From the NCBI GenBank assembly GCA_049967475.1, contig JBMFSQ010000011.1, positions 47,848-111,847 of the forward strand: DNA of 64,000 nt, read 5' to 3'. The DNA comes from Chthonomonadales bacterium (GTDB lineage: Bacteria; Armatimonadota; Chthonomonadetes; Chthonomonadales; CAJBBX01). The notes beneath the pieces were generated by a model. That model had not been told where the DNA came from, searched no databases, and saw only the letters and a list, made by a program, of their open reading frames with translations. Made by a program: the position numbers and the translations under genes. Of the stretch, positions 47,678 through 59,142 are shown one piece after another (position 1 is the first letter of the stretch; each line of letters starts with the position of its first letter).

Positions 47678-49135
47678 CTATGCCAGGATCTTCTCCACGG
47701 GTACGCCGGCTACGTCGGTAAGGCGGAAGTCCCGCCCTTGGTACTTATAGGTGAGCTTGGTATGATCAATGCCCAGGCAGCGGAGGATGGTGGCATTGAG
47801 ATCGTGGATGTGGACCGGATCGCGCACGATGTTGTAACAGAAGTCATCGGTTTCGCCCAGCACCACCCCGCCCTTGATGCCGCCGCCGGCAAGGAGCGTG
47901 GTGAAGCAGCGGCCGTGGTGGTCGCGTCCGTAATTGTCTTGCGTTAGGGCTCCTTGGCTGTAGACGGTGCGCCCGAATTCACCGCCCCACACCACCAGGG
48001 TGTCCTCCAACATGCCCCTCTGTTTGAGATCCTTGATGAGAGCCGCAGTGGGCTGGTCCGTATCTCTGCACTGGCCCCGTATCTGGGTTGGGAGGTTCCC
48101 GTGCTGGTCCCACCCGCGGTGGAAGAGCTGGATGAAGCGCACGCCGCGCTCAGCCAGACGCCTGGCTAAGAGGCAGTTGGCCGCAAAAGTGCCCGGCTTG
48201 CGGGCATCGGGACCGTACATCTCGAAGACCTCGGGTTTCTCCTTTGAGATGTCCATCAACTCGGGCACGGAGCTTTGCATCCGGTAGGCCATCTCGTATT
48301 GGGCGATGCGGGTGTTGATTTCAGGATCCCCGAATGCCTCTTGGGCCATACGGTTGAGCTTGCCCAATCCGTCCAGCATCTCGCGGCGGGTGGGGGCATC
48401 TATGCCCGGGGGATTGTTGAGGTACAGAACGGGGTCGCCGCTGGAGCGGAGCTTCACGCCCTGGTGGATGGAGGGGAGAAAGCCCGGGCCCCAGAGCCTC
48501 CCGAAGAGGGGTTGGTCGTTGGGATTGCCGCTCCCTTGGGAGATGAGGACGATGTACGCAGGAAGATCCTGGTTTTCGCTGCCGATGCCGTAAGAGAGCC
48601 ATGCGCCGATGCTGGGCCGCCCCGGGAGCTGGGACCCGGTCTGGATGAACGTGATCGCCGGGTCGTGATTGATGGCCTCGGTATGCATGGACTTGATGAC
48701 GCAGAAGTCATCTATCACGGAACCCATATGCGGCAGGAGTTCACTGAGCATGACGCCGCTTTTGCCGCAGGGCTGGAATTTGAAGATCGTCGGCGCAATC
48801 GGGAAGTTCTTTTGTCCCGACGTCATGCCGGTCAAGCGCTGCCCCATGCGCACACTGTCGGGGAGGTCAATTCCTCGGTGGCGTGCGAGTTGAGGCTTGT
48901 AATCGAACAGGTCTATATGGGAAGGTGCGCCGCTTTGGAAAAGGTAGATGACCCTCTTCGCCTTGGGCGGAAAGTGCGGGCGTTTGAGCGCCCCATGAAA
49001 GCTGGAGCCGCCGGCCGAGGCGAGGGCCTCAGGGTTGAGGAGCGTGGCAAGAGCCACGGTGCCGATGCCCGTTGCCATGCGGCCGAAGAGCTGCCGCCGA
49101 GTAAGCAGGAGTTCATATTCTCGCATGGGATCCAT
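47678..49135 (-). CDS. DUF1501 (sulfatase-fold) protein, Tat-exported
   Basis: [19 protein letters not shown] twin-arginine signal. [11 protein letters not shown] and GRDHH motifs typical of DUF1501. Confidence 0.88.
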   Translation of the reverse strand: MDPMREYELLLTRRQLFGRMATGIGTVALATLLNPEALASAGGSSFHGALKRPHFPPKAKRVIYLFQSGAPSHIDLFDYKPQLARHRGIDLPDSVRMGQRLTGMTSGQKNFPIAPTIFKFQPCGKSGVMLSELLPHMGSVIDDFCVIKSMHTEAINHDPAITFIQTGSQLPGRPSIGAWLSYGIGSENQDLPAYIVLISQGSGNPNDQPLFGRLWGPGFLPSIHQGVKLRSSGDPVLYLNNPPGIDAPTRREMLDGLGKLNRMAQEAFGDPEINTRIAQYEMAYRMQSSVPELMDISKEKPEVFEMYGPDARKPGTFAANCLLARRLAERGVRFIQLFHRGWDQHGNLPTQIRGQCRDTDQPTAALIKDLKQRGMLEDTLVVWGGEFGRTVYSQGALTQDNYGRDHHGRCFTTLLAGGGIKGGVVLGETDDFCYNIVRDPVHIHDLNATILRCLGIDHTKLTYKYQGRDFRLTDVAGVPVEKILA

Positions 49136-49171
49136 GGCCCAATCCTCCGGGCTAGCGGCTGCAGGGCGCCG

Positions 49172-52100
49172 TCAGCTTTTCGAAATGGTTTCGTCGAGGT
49201 TCAAAATCATGCTCATCACCACCGTCCAAGCGGCAAGCGTCGCCGGTTCGATGGATGCGTCGCAGGTGCTTTCGCCCACCGAGAGCAGGGATTTTGCCGC
49301 AGCCCTGTCGCGGAGGAAGCGGTCGCGCTGGTGGTGGAGCACGGAAATCAGCACGTCGGTTTCGGCGGGCTTGGGGTTGCGGCACGTGGCCAACCGGTAC
49401 GCATAGGCCACCCGGTCCCGCTCATAAAGCGGCGCGCTCCGAATTACCCTCTCCGCAAGCTTTCTGGCAGCTTCCACATAGGTGGGATCGTTCATCAGCA
49501 CAAGGGCTTGGAGGGGCGTGTTCGTCACCGACCTTCGCACCACGCAGAACTCTCGCTCGGGGGCATCGAAGGTCTGCAGGGCGGGAGGCGGGCAGGTGCG
49601 CTTCCAGAAGGTGTATAGAGCCCGGCGGTAGAGAGCCTCTCCGTGGTCCTGCTCGTAGAATTGTGCCGTGAAGCCACTCTTGAAGGAGATCTCTTCCCAC
49701 AATCCTGCCGGTTGATAGGGCTTCACGGGCGGCCCGCCCGGTTTGTCCACCAAAAGGCCCGCGAGGAACAGAGCCTGATCCCGAATGAACTCTGCAGGAA
49801 GCCTGAAGCGCGGCCCGCGCGCCAGAAGGCGGTTCTCGGGATCTCGGGACAGCAGAGCAGGTGTAACGTGGGAAGACTGGCGATACGTGGCCGAGGTGAC
49901 AATCAGCTTTTGCATGCGCTTCACATCCCAGCCCGTGCGCATGAACTCTGTGGCCAGCCAATCCAGAAGTTCGGGGTGGCTGGGCCTCTCGCCCTGGCTT
50001 CCAAAGTTTTCGCTCGTCTTCACGAGCCCAGTGCCGAAGTACTCTTGCCAGAAGCGGTTTACGGCTACACGTGCCGTGAGCGGGAAGTTCGGGCTCACCA
50101 GCCACTTTGCCAATCCGAGCCGGTTGAGGGGCAGCTCCTTGGGGAACGGCGGCAGGCATGCCGGAGTGCCCGGAGTGACCTTTTCGCCGTGCTGGTCATA
50201 ACGTCCACGCACGAGGATGAAGGTGTCCCGGGGTTTCGTCATTTCCTCCATCACCATGGTGGTAGGAATGGCAGCATCGAGCGCATCACGCTTGCGGGTG
50301 AGTTCCGCCCGCTCCGCAACGAGCCGCTTGTACTCTTCATCAAAGTGCGCCAGATAGAAATCGGCGATGAGGCGCTGCTGTTCCGGGGTGCGCTTGGAGG
50401 CGTCCGCAACCAATGCCAGGCGCAGCGGGTCGAGTGCGGCGAGGTCGGCCACTTCTTCCGGCGTAAGCTCGCGACGGTACAAGCGCACATCGCGGATCAT
50501 TCCTTTGAACGGAGCAGAAGGGTTCCGCCTCCCGATGACGAGGGGCTTGTCGGTAGCAAGAGTTCCGCGCAGGCTATCCTTGAAAACGTCGGTTGGGACG
50601 GGTTTTCCATTGATGTACAGGTGCACGCCGGCTGCTTTTCCAGAACCGTCGTAGGTTACGAACACGTGGCTCCACTTGTTGAGTTCTAGGTTCGTGCGTG
50701 CGTCCACGCGGATGGCGTCGGTGTCCCATTTGTGGATGAGGTGCACCATCGCCTTGCCCCCGGTAAGGTAGAGATCCCACCCTCGGAAATCCTGGCTGTC
50801 ATCCATATGGGACACGATGGTCATTGCGTCGGAGGACACGGGAAAGACCCAGGCGCCGTAGCTGAAGCGGTCGGTCCTTAGGAAGCCGCTCAAGGGTCCC
50901 GCATCTACGTATCCGTTTCCGTCCAGCTCCAACGCCCCGCCGTAGGGCGAGGCCGCCCACTTGGCACTCCCTATAATCTTGGCGGGCCGGCGGCGGCCGG
51001 CGGCTTCGGGAATGCCGTTGGAACCTGGGCCGTCAAGAACATAATGGGCCGCGATGCCCGCGCCCAATCCGGCCAAGGAGGATAGCTGAGCCGACCCCCT
51101 CGACGCCCATGCCGCTACTGCAGAGGTCTCTTGGCCGGACCGTGCGGCAATGCGGCTGTCGAGTTCGGCGATGTTGCGGTTATAGGCATCCATGAGCTTC
51201 GCCTGGTCCGGTGTGGGAGCTTTTATGAAGGGCGCCGCATTGCCGTTGTTGCCGTCGAGACCCTGTTCGGGAACGTTGTTGAAGAAGGCGAAGAAGCGGT
51301 AGTACTCGCGCTGACTGATGGGGTCGTACTTGTGGTCGTGGCACTGGGCGCACTTCATCGTGAGACCCATGAAGGCGGTGGCTGTAACATCCACTCGGTC
51401 TTCCACGTAGGCAGCGGCATACTCTTCGGGGATGGCGCCACCTTCGAAGGTGATCGGGTGGTTGCGGTTGAAGCCGCTGGCAATCTTCTGATCCAGGGTC
51501 GCGTTGGGCAAGAGGTCTCCGGCGAGTTGTTCGATTACAAATTCGTCGTACGGCATGTTCCGGTTGAAGGCGTCTATCACCCAATCCCGCCATCGCCACA
51601 TGAAGCGCTGGTTGTCAATATGGTAACCGTTGGTGTCTGCATAGCGAGCCAGGTCCAACCACGGAACCGCCATCCGTTCGCCGTAGTGTGGGCTTGCCAA
51701 TAGGCGATCCACCAATCGTTCATAGGCATCAGGGCGGCGGTCTGCCAGGAATTCTCCCACTTCTTTGGGCGTTGGAGGGAGGCCGGTAAGGTCCAGGGTT
51801 ACGCAACGAATGAGCGTGCGGCGATCGGCTTGAGGCGAGGGCTTCAGCCCTTCTTTTTCCAGGCGTGCCAGGATGAAGACGTCAATAGGGTTCCGACACC
51901 ACGACGGGTTCTTGACGCGAGGCAGGGGCGGCCGCTTGGGTGCTACGAAGGCCCAGTGCGGAGCATAAGGCGCCCCCTGGGCGATCCAGCGGATAAGTGT
52001 CTGGATCTGCTCCGGCTTGAGCTTTTTGCCGGAATACGCCGGAGGCATATGCAGGCTGTCGGTTCGGGTGACGCGGTCTACGAGCTCGCTCTTGCCGGCA

Positions 52101-52333
52101 TCGAATGGAACGATGGCCGTTTTTCCGGAAGGCAAGCGGTGGATTGCGATATCCCTCACGTCCAGCCTTAAGCCCGCCATCCGCTTGGAGGCGTCGAAGC
52201 CGTGGCAGGCAAAGCAGTTTTCGGAGAGGATCGGCCGTACGTCGCGGTCGAAGTCTACTCGGCTGCCGGTTTGGGCCAAGGTCGGCGCTCCGGCAATCAG
52301 AGCACAGAAGGCAATGGAATGCAGTTTGTACAT
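49172..52333 (-). CDS. PSCyt/DUF1549/DUF1553 (PSD1-type) protein with inserted LamG-like domain
   Basis: Signal [20 protein letters not shown]. Planctomycete cytochrome motif NCFACHG. DUF1549 LDLTGLPPT. LamG-like segment FSYGAWVFP...[10 protein letters not shown]. Start at ATG 52333. Confidence 0.85.
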   Translation of the reverse strand: MYKLHSIAFCALIAGAPTLAQTGSRVDFDRDVRPILSENCFACHGFDASKRMAGLRLDVRDIAIHRLPSGKTAIVPFDAGKSELVDRVTRTDSLHMPPAYSGKKLKPEQIQTLIRWIAQGAPYAPHWAFVAPKRPPLPRVKNPSWCRNPIDVFILARLEKEGLKPSPQADRRTLIRCVTLDLTGLPPTPKEVGEFLADRRPDAYERLVDRLLASPHYGERMAVPWLDLARYADTNGYHIDNQRFMWRWRDWVIDAFNRNMPYDEFVIEQLAGDLLPNATLDQKIASGFNRNHPITFEGGAIPEEYAAAYVEDRVDVTATAFMGLTMKCAQCHDHKYDPISQREYYRFFAFFNNVPEQGLDGNNGNAAPFIKAPTPDQAKLMDAYNRNIAELDSRIAARSGQETSAVAAWASRGSAQLSSLAGLGAGIAAHYVLDGPGSNGIPEAAGRRRPAKIIGSAKWAASPYGGALELDGNGYVDAGPLSGFLRTDRFSYGAWVFPVSSDAMTIVSHMDDSQDFRGWDLYLTGGKAMVHLIHKWDTDAIRVDARTNLELNKWSHVFVTYDGSGKAAGVHLYINGKPVPTDVFKDSLRGTLATDKPLVIGRRNPSAPFKGMIRDVRLYRRELTPEEVADLAALDPLRLALVADASKRTPEQQRLIADFYLAHFDEEYKRLVAERAELTRKRDALDAAIPTTMVMEEMTKPRDTFILVRGRYDQHGEKVTPGTPACLPPFPKELPLNRLGLAKWLVSPNFPLTARVAVNRFWQEYFGTGLVKTSENFGSQGERPSHPELLDWLATEFMRTGWDVKRMQKLIVTSATYRQSSHVTPALLSRDPENRLLARGPRFRLPAEFIRDQALFLAGLLVDKPGGPPVKPYQPAGLWEEISFKSGFTAQFYEQDHGEALYRRALYTFWKRTCPPPALQTFDAPEREFCVVRRSVTNTPLQALVLMNDPTYVEAARKLAERVIRSAPLYERDRVAYAYRLATCRNPKPAETDVLISVLHHQRDRFLRDRAAAKSLLSVGESTCDASIEPATLAAWTVVMSMILNLDETISKS

Positions 52334-52631
52334 GGCGCGCTGGTGTCCCTTCAAAGCCCATGGGCATGGTTGCAGGGCCGGTACCTCCTGCTTCGTATTC
52401 GACAGTTTCCTTGCTTGTTCCTGCTCTAGCTTTCCATTTGGCCGGCCCATAATGATACGGGTTTTTTGCCGGTGCTAGGGGTGCCTCCAGGTGCCGGCAG
52501 GTATCCAGAATGAAGAAGCCGCGTCCGAATATGGAACCGTGTCGTGCAGGTTGCCAGCACCCCAAGAAGGCCGCTGTGCCCGTGTGCGGTCGTAAATGCA
52601 CGGCGGGACGTTGGGATCGTAGGAGGCTATC

Positions 52632-54506
52632 GTGACCACAAATGCAACAGTTCTGGTGGTCGGGGTCTCGAACGCCGAAGCGGAGCTGGTGCGCCGTATT
52701 GCACACGGATCCGATGCCGCCATTGATTTCGCCGCGGCATCGAGTGAGGCTGATCTGCGCCGAGCCCTTGAAGGGGATCCGACCCTAGCGCTCGTTTGCT
52801 GCGGTCCGGGCGGTGCGCTCGACCCGGCAGGCGTCTTGAGCATCCTTCGGCAGTGCCGCCCCGATCTCGCGTTTCTCGCAATCCCAGAAGGAACTCCGCC
52901 GGATCAGACGGCCGAGAGCGTTTTGGCTGCCTTGCGCCCAGCCCGCCGGAATAACTGCCTCGCCGCCCTGTCGCCCCCTGGGGATGAACGGGAGGAGTGC
53001 TTCCGCAGAGCCGCCGCTGCAGCGCGCATCGGCATTTGGGAGCTGGATCTCCAGGAAAACGAGGTCCGCTGGCTAGCCGACGCTTCGCCCTGCGGTTCAA
53101 CGGCGGCGGGGGAATTCCGAACCCCTTACCCGCGCTTCCTCCGCATGATCTGCTCAGAGGATCGGGAAGTGGTAGACCAGCACGTACAGCGGTGCCTGCG
53201 AACCGGGGAGCCCCTTAATGTAGAGTTTCGCCTCAGGCATTTGCATCGCCAGGGAGGATGGACGCGCCTGCAGGGTGGACGGCAGCCGGGGGCCGACGGC
53301 AGACCCAGATACTTGGTAGGCGTGGCGTTGGACGTTACCGAACATCGGAGGACCCTGGAGCAGGTACGGCGGCAGTTCCAGGAGCTGGCAGCCCTTCGCG
53401 CAATGGCAGCCGCCATCGTGTCGAACCTGGATCTGCATGTGAGCCTCACCATTGCTCTGGACCAGCTTCCCGGAGAAATGCACGTGGATGCTGCATGCGT
53501 CCTGCTGTGGAACCTTCGCCACGAAGCGCTGGAATACGCCGCCGGCCGCGGGTTCGGCGCTGGGGAACCGCGCGGGGCACGCCTGCGGTTGGGGCAGGGG
53601 CTCGCCGGACGGGCAGCGCTCCACCGCATTCCCATGCAGGTGGCCGATCTCGACGATCCGAGCGATGCTCCCATCCATCATCCCTTATTGGCCTCCCACG
53701 CCTTCACAGACGCCTTGGCTGTGCCTCTGGTGGCCAATGACCGTCTCCTTGGAGTGGTGGAACTCTTCAGCCGAAGCCCGATCGAGCTTACTGCGGACCA
53801 GATGGAGTTCCTGAGCGCGCTAGTGGGGGAGCTTGCCGTGGCCGTGGAACACCTGATGCTCATCGGCGACCTCCGGCGCGCGAACGAAGAGCTGGTGCGC
53901 GCCTACGACGGCATCATCCAGGGATGGGCGAAGGCTTTGGATCTGCGGGACACGGACACCGAGGATCATACGCTCCGCGTCACAGAAATGACCGTGCGCC
54001 TGGCCGAGTTCATGGGTATCTCCAAAGAGGAGTTGGTGCATATCCGGCGCGGCGCGCTCCTCCATGACATCGGCAAGATGGGTGTACCCGATGCCATTCT
54101 GTTCAAAGAGGGGAAACTGAGCCCCGAAGAGTGGGACGAGATGCGGATGCATCCCTTCAACGCCTACAAACTCTTGTGCGGGCTGGAGTTCCTGCGCCCT
54201 GCGCTGGATATCGTCCTTTGCCACCACGAGCGGTGGGACGGCACGGGTTATCCTTACGGTCTTCAGGGAGAGGAAATCCCAATGGCGGCACGCATCTTTG
54301 CCGTGGTAGACGTATGGGATGCCCTGCGCTCCAACCGGCCCTACCGCAAAGCGCTTCCCGAAGACGAAGTAAGGCGGTATATCGCGGAACAAAGTGGGAA
54401 GCACTTCGACCCCGCAGTGGCGGACGCCTTCCTCCGCCTGTTGGCCGGCGACGATGAAGTGCAAGCCCAGGAAGAGGGTGCGTCTGAGCTGCGGCGCGCG
54501 GCCTGA
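52632..54506 (+). CDS. pseudo-receiver-PAS-GAF-HD-GYP phosphodiesterase
   Basis: GTG 52632 with AGGAGG upstream. HD (LHDIGKMGVPD) and HHERWDGTGYPYGL motifs. The N-terminal receiver-like fold lacks the acidic pocket and phospho-Asp. Confidence 0.85.
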   Translation: MTTNATVLVVGVSNAEAELVRRIAHGSDAAIDFAAASSEADLRRALEGDPTLALVCCGPGGALDPAGVLSILRQCRPDLAFLAIPEGTPPDQTAESVLAALRPARRNNCLAALSPPGDEREECFRRAAAAARIGIWELDLQENEVRWLADASPCGSTAAGEFRTPYPRFLRMICSEDREVVDQHVQRCLRTGEPLNVEFRLRHLHRQGGWTRLQGGRQPGADGRPRYLVGVALDVTEHRRTLEQVRRQFQELAALRAMAAAIVSNLDLHVSLTIALDQLPGEMHVDAACVLLWNLRHEALEYAAGRGFGAGEPRGARLRLGQGLAGRAALHRIPMQVADLDDPSDAPIHHPLLASHAFTDALAVPLVANDRLLGVVELFSRSPIELTADQMEFLSALVGELAVAVEHLMLIGDLRRANEELVRAYDGIIQGWAKALDLRDTDTEDHTLRVTEMTVRLAEFMGISKEELVHIRRGALLHDIGKMGVPDAILFKEGKLSPEEWDEMRMHPFNAYKLLCGLEFLRPALDIVLCHHERWDGTGYPYGLQGEEIPMAARIFAVVDVWDALRSNRPYRKALPEDEVRRYIAEQSGKHFDPAVADAFLRLLAGDDEVQAQEEGASELRRAA

Positions 54507-54605
54507 GTGCAGCTTCCCGCCGATTGAGGTATACTCCGCCCGAAAGACGGTCTGCAGGGAGCATCGCGCCCTCGTCCTGGTAGGTTCAATTTGGGAGGCG
54601 CCCGG

Positions 54606-57600
54606 ATGATCGGGGTGGTGGCAGCCTGGTTGGCGCTTTGGAGCGGCATCGGGGCTCCCGAAGGGGCGCCGGGCTTACGCCTCACCCGCATCGAAGCGCA
54701 GCCGGCCGTAGTCCACGCCAATCTGCTTCCAAACCCCGGTTTCGAAGAGGCTGCTCCCGGCGGCATTCCGGTGGGTTGGACGTGGGACCCCAGGAACACA
54801 AACGCTTCCTGTGCGCTGGATCGCCAGGTGGCCCACTCGGGCTCATACTCGGTCCGCATCACCAACGGCACCCCCTACGGCGCCCACGTTTATGGCTCTC
54901 TTTGGGCAACGCGACCCATCCCCCTGCAGGCGGGCAAGCAGTACACCTTCAGCGCATGGGTGCGCTCCGAGCGCCCCGGTATGGCATGGATCGGGGGAGG
55001 CCACGCCTGGCAATTCCGTTTGGGTGTGCCGGTTACCGGGAAGCTCTGGCAACGCATCGCCCTCACTTTCACCCCCGGGCCGGACGATGTGCTCTTCCAG
55101 CCCCGCATCAATACCGACAGCCCCACGCCAGGCTTCTGGATAGACGACGTGAAGCTGGAAGAAGGGGATGCCACTCCCATGGTGCCTCCGCCCGGCGTAC
55201 CTGCGGGATTGCAGATCGCCCCTGAAGCTCCTCGCATGGAGCTGGAAGGCGACGGGGTCTTCCACGTGGGCTTTTCGGTGTATGTTCCTGAAGGATGGCA
55301 AGGCACCGGCCTCACAGCGCAAATGCAGGGGGCATCTCCCATGTCTGTGTCCGCGCGTCTCACACCGGGGGCGTGGGAAGTGCGCGTGTACGGGCAGGCT
55401 ATCGCCCAATTTGGGGATTGGCATGCCCTGACCCTCACCGTGGCGGCAGGAGATGTGCAGGGCTCAGGATCGGTCATGGTGCGCTTCCTTTCCCAGAGCG
55501 GCGCGCAACGACGCTTGGAGGTTCTTGCAGCCCAGTTGCCGGCAATCGAGAGGCGGCTGCAAGCGCTCAAACGGCGCGGGTGGGATGTGGCGTACCCTAG
55601 GGTAAGCGTCACGGTGCTGCAGCGGTTCGTGGGGTACGTGGCCGAGGACCTCTCCGGAGCCGGAGGCCGCTACAAGCCTGAGGTGAAGCGCGCCTTGAGC
55701 CAGCTCGATGATCTGGAGCCTATCGCCGCGCGTTTGAAGCAGTTGTTGGCCTCGGGCTGCCGCTTCCCCGCGGTGCCTCGATGGACGGGCACAGTGCGGC
55801 CGCACATTGAAGGTCCCTCCTTCATGGGGGAGGCACGCGTCCATTCCAGGATTGTGCGACGGCCCCTCTTCTTCACCGGTTATGGTGCCTTTGGGCAAGT
55901 AAGAGCCGACGTGCCGATTTTCCCAGCCTACGGCATCAACATCATCCAGATTGAAGTGGGGCCCAGCGCAGTCTTTCCTTCCCCAAATACCGTGGATTTG
56001 GCGCCGGTGCGCGACGTACAGCGCGTGCTGGCGGCTGCCCGTAAGGCGGGCGTGGCTGTGAACTTGCTCATCAGCCCGCACTATATGCCGGATTGGTTCC
56101 TCCAGCAGCATCCCGCTCTGCGTGTTCGCCGCGAAGGCTTCTTGCAGTACTGCCTGCACGCGCCGGAAGGACAGGATCTTCTTAAGCGCTTTATCGGCAT
56201 CGTGATCCCCGCGGTGAAGAACTTCTCATCACTCCACAGCATCTGCCTCTCCAACGAACCCGTAAACCTCGAGGCGCCATGCGCTCCAGGCCGCGCACTC
56301 TGGATTACCTGGCTCCGGAAGCGCCACGGCAGTGTGGATGCCCTCAACCAGTGTTGGGGCACGCACTATCGCACCTTCGATGAGATCCCACTGCCCGATC
56401 CCTTCGGTCCGATTGCCGGGCCGATGCGCGCCGATTACGTCCGCTGGAACCAGGAGTTCTTTGCAGGTTGGCACCGCATGCTGGCCGATGAAGTACACCG
56501 CTATGCGCCGCACCTCCCCGTTCACGCCAAGGCCATGACGTGGACCTTCTTCAATGACGGCGACGTGAAATATGGAGTGGACGCCGGCCTGTTCGGCCAG
56601 TTCAGCCAGATCAACGGCAACGACAGCGTGAATTTCCCCGATCCTCCCGACGGCGAATTCGCTCAAGGCTGGCAGCTCAACGCTATGGGGTATGACTTGC
56701 AGCGTTCGGTGCTGAATGCTCCCGTCTTCAACAGCGAGAACCATCTCATCCCGGATCGGTATGCCTCGTATGTGGATCCTCAGCACATCCGAGCAGCGCT
56801 ATGGCAGGCTGCGGTGCATGGCCAGAGCGCCACCACCCTCTGGGTATGGGAGAGGACCTTCGATCCCAAGAGCGACTTTGCAGGCTCCATCATGCACCGG
56901 CCTGCGTGCGCTGAGGCTGTGGGATTGGTGAACTGCGACCTCAACCGGGCGGCTTGGGAGGTGACTGCGTTGCAGCGCGCCCAGCCGGACGTATGGATCC
57001 TTCAGAGTGTATCGGCAGCAGTGTGGGATGGAGCAGCCTATACCGACTGTTTGAATAAGCTATACCAAGCCTTGGACCTGGCGGGGTTGAAGGTGGGCTT
57101 CGTGACGGAGCGGCAACTGGAAGCGGGGACGCTTCCCCATGGGCCCCTCTTTATTCCCAACATCCATCATCTTTCGGATAAAGCATTCGCCACCCTTCGG
57201 AGCGCAGATGTTCCTCTGTATGCTGTGGGGGATGGGCCCATCGGTGACCATGACGAGTATGATCGGCCGCGCGCAGACCGCCTCCGCGTCGTACCCGTGC
57301 CCTACGGCTATCCGGGAACGTCGGCGCGGGATTTGTGGGGCCGCATCCTGGAGATGCACATCGGGCCTTCCCGGCCGGAGGCGTTGGATGCCGGAAGTGC
57401 CCTGCCATCGAGGCAACCCGCATGGGGCGTGGAGCTTAGATGGGCCCGGGTGGCGCACGGCGCTGTAATCAACCTCTTCAACACCCTCAGGCGCCCTATC
57501 CGCATAATCCTGGCGGACACATCCGGCGGAGCGGGGGCGAATAATCATTCGTCCCTACAAGTGCGCACCGTTCTGGATGGCCGGCCCATCCGGGGCGCAA

Positions 57601-57767
57601 TAACCCTGAAGCCGCTGGACACACTCCTCGTAAAGTGGATACCTTCTGGACGGCCGGGTTTTTCTTCTGCCGGCCGCGGCAGACGCACCGTCAGGCGGAC
57701 GGGACAGGATAGGCGCGGTGGCGTTGTACGGCGCGGTAGAGCGCCAAAAGGTTCTCCACAGGTGTAG
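54606..57767 (+). CDS. secreted clan GH-A glycoside hydrolase (GH42-like) with N-terminal CBM-like domain
   Basis: Signal MIGVVAAWLALWSG. CBM-type LLPNPGFEE..GWTW. TIM-barrel ICLSNEP motif. The Arg-rich tail runs into the convergent gene. Confidence 0.6.
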   Translation: MIGVVAAWLALWSGIGAPEGAPGLRLTRIEAQPAVVHANLLPNPGFEEAAPGGIPVGWTWDPRNTNASCALDRQVAHSGSYSVRITNGTPYGAHVYGSLWATRPIPLQAGKQYTFSAWVRSERPGMAWIGGGHAWQFRLGVPVTGKLWQRIALTFTPGPDDVLFQPRINTDSPTPGFWIDDVKLEEGDATPMVPPPGVPAGLQIAPEAPRMELEGDGVFHVGFSVYVPEGWQGTGLTAQMQGASPMSVSARLTPGAWEVRVYGQAIAQFGDWHALTLTVAAGDVQGSGSVMVRFLSQSGAQRRLEVLAAQLPAIERRLQALKRRGWDVAYPRVSVTVLQRFVGYVAEDLSGAGGRYKPEVKRALSQLDDLEPIAARLKQLLASGCRFPAVPRWTGTVRPHIEGPSFMGEARVHSRIVRRPLFFTGYGAFGQVRADVPIFPAYGINIIQIEVGPSAVFPSPNTVDLAPVRDVQRVLAAARKAGVAVNLLISPHYMPDWFLQQHPALRVRREGFLQYCLHAPEGQDLLKRFIGIVIPAVKNFSSLHSICLSNEPVNLEAPCAPGRALWITWLRKRHGSVDALNQCWGTHYRTFDEIPLPDPFGPIAGPMRADYVRWNQEFFAGWHRMLADEVHRYAPHLPVHAKAMTWTFFNDGDVKYGVDAGLFGQFSQINGNDSVNFPDPPDGEFAQGWQLNAMGYDLQRSVLNAPVFNSENHLIPDRYASYVDPQHIRAALWQAAVHGQSATTLWVWERTFDPKSDFAGSIMHRPACAEAVGLVNCDLNRAAWEVTALQRAQPDVWILQSVSAAVWDGAAYTDCLNKLYQALDLAGLKVGFVTERQLEAGTLPHGPLFIPNIHHLSDKAFATLRSADVPLYAVGDGPIGDHDEYDRPRADRLRVVPVPYGYPGTSARDLWGRILEMHIGPSRPEALDAGSALPSRQPAWGVELRWARVAHGAVINLFNTLRRPIRIILADTSGGAGANNHSSLQVRTVLDGRPIRGAITLKPLDTLLVKWIPSGRPGFSSAGRGRRTVRRTGQDRRGGVVRRGRAPKGSPQV

Positions 57768-58968
57768 CCGCCTGCACATTGTGGACCGGGTTGAAAACGA
57801 AGCCGCCCCCCGGGGCAAAGATGCGGATGCGCTCCGCCACCTCTTGCTCTACGTCTTCGACTGTGCCGAATGGAAGGGTGTGCTGCGTGTCCACCCCGCC
57901 ACCCCAGAAGGTGATGCGCTCGCCGAAGCGGGCTTTGAGTTCCCGCGGATCCATATGAGCTGCCGAGCATTGCACCGGGTTTAGGATATCGAAACCAGCC
58001 GCAATGAAGTCTTCCAGAAAGGCTCGAACGGAACCGCACGAGTGAATGAAGGTCTTCCAACCCGTATTCCGATGGATCCAGTCGTTGATGATCCGGTGGA
58101 AGGGCATAAACAAATCTCGGTACGTTTTGGGAGACACAAAGGGGCCGTTTTGCGCGCCGAAATCCGTTCCCGTAACGACGACTGCGGTGACACGATCGCC
58201 AACGGCGTTGTAGATGCGCTGGAGGTTGGCGACGCCGATCTCACACTGGCGCTCGAAGATGGCGTAAACAAAATCCCGGCGCGTGGTAAGGCTCATGTAC
58301 CACTCAGCCACATCTCGGATGCCCTTGGGATACCTGAGCTGGGGAGCCGGTACCTTGGCAATGTCTCCGAACCCGGTGCCGCCGAAGTTGGCCAGGATGG
58401 CGGCATCCGTGTCGTTGTACAAGCGGGCAGCTTCGCGGCCCAAGTACTCCACGTCTTCGTTGGAAAGCAGGCCGAACTCTTCCAGATTGTCCTCTACCCG
58501 GGGTTCTGCGTCCAAAGGCGGCTGGCGGACGATCACATCGAAATAGTATCCGCCGGCCGGCATGCGTCCGCTTGGAGGAGCGGTGCGGTCACCCTGGGGA
58601 TACTGCAGGATATCGCCGTTCGGTTCCGGCTCAGTGTTGAAACCGCCGGGCACCAGCACCGGTGTCCCGTCCCAAAGCCGCCACTCCTTCCAGTCCGTAT
58701 TGCGGAAGCCGAATGCAGTCCCCGTGCCTGCCAAACGCACCACATCCACACCCAGAACCTTGCGAAGGTCGGGCGCGATCTCGCCCAGCATCTGCACAGG
58801 CTCGATGACCTTTACAGGGGTTCCAGGGGGATCGAGGCCCAGCGCCTGGCGCAACCGGTATACGCTGCTTACGTGCATGCCCGTGACCGTGGATCCGCCT
58901 AGATCCAGCGGGACAAGGTCCGGTTCACGGTGATTTAGGGCGGTACGAACACGCTCGCGGCTTGTCAT
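57691..58968 (-). CDS. uroporphyrinogen decarboxylase (URO-D/MtaA-like) family protein
   Basis: MTSRERVRTALNHREPDLVPLDLG N-terminus typical of URO-D-family proteins. GGGAGG upstream of ATG 58968. Confidence 0.65.
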   Translation of the reverse strand: MTSRERVRTALNHREPDLVPLDLGGSTVTGMHVSSVYRLRQALGLDPPGTPVKVIEPVQMLGEIAPDLRKVLGVDVVRLAGTGTAFGFRNTDWKEWRLWDGTPVLVPGGFNTEPEPNGDILQYPQGDRTAPPSGRMPAGGYYFDVIVRQPPLDAEPRVEDNLEEFGLLSNEDVEYLGREAARLYNDTDAAILANFGGTGFGDIAKVPAPQLRYPKGIRDVAEWYMSLTTRRDFVYAIFERQCEIGVANLQRIYNAVGDRVTAVVVTGTDFGAQNGPFVSPKTYRDLFMPFHRIINDWIHRNTGWKTFIHSCGSVRAFLEDFIAAGFDILNPVQCSAAHMDPRELKARFGERITFWGGGVDTQHTLPFGTVEDVEQEVAERIRIFAPGGGFVFNPVHNVQAATPVENLLALYRAVQRHRAYPVPSA

Positions 58969-59109
58969 TGAGACCTCCCATCCCAACGATCTTTCCCCTC
59001 ACCAAAGGGAATGTCCTCTGATGGCGCCGCAGGGCCCGAGGGGTTTTTGCGGCTCGTGCCGGTTGGTTCCCGCGATGGGGGCGCCCCGCAGCCCGCTAGA
59101 GGGTGCGCT

Positions 59110-59136
59110 GGGGAAGAAGGGGCGGGCGCCCGCCCC
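59110..59136 (-). terminator. GC-rich palindromic hairpin downstream of hypothetical gene
   Basis: GGGGCGGGCGCCCGCCCC palindrome (59119-59136), followed on the minus strand by TTCTTCCCC. Weak U-tract. Confidence 0.35.
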
Positions 59137-59142
59137 TCCCAT

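Noticed and set aside
48275-49618. 447-aa plus-strand ORF
   Set aside because: Antisense to the DUF1501 and PSD1 genes.
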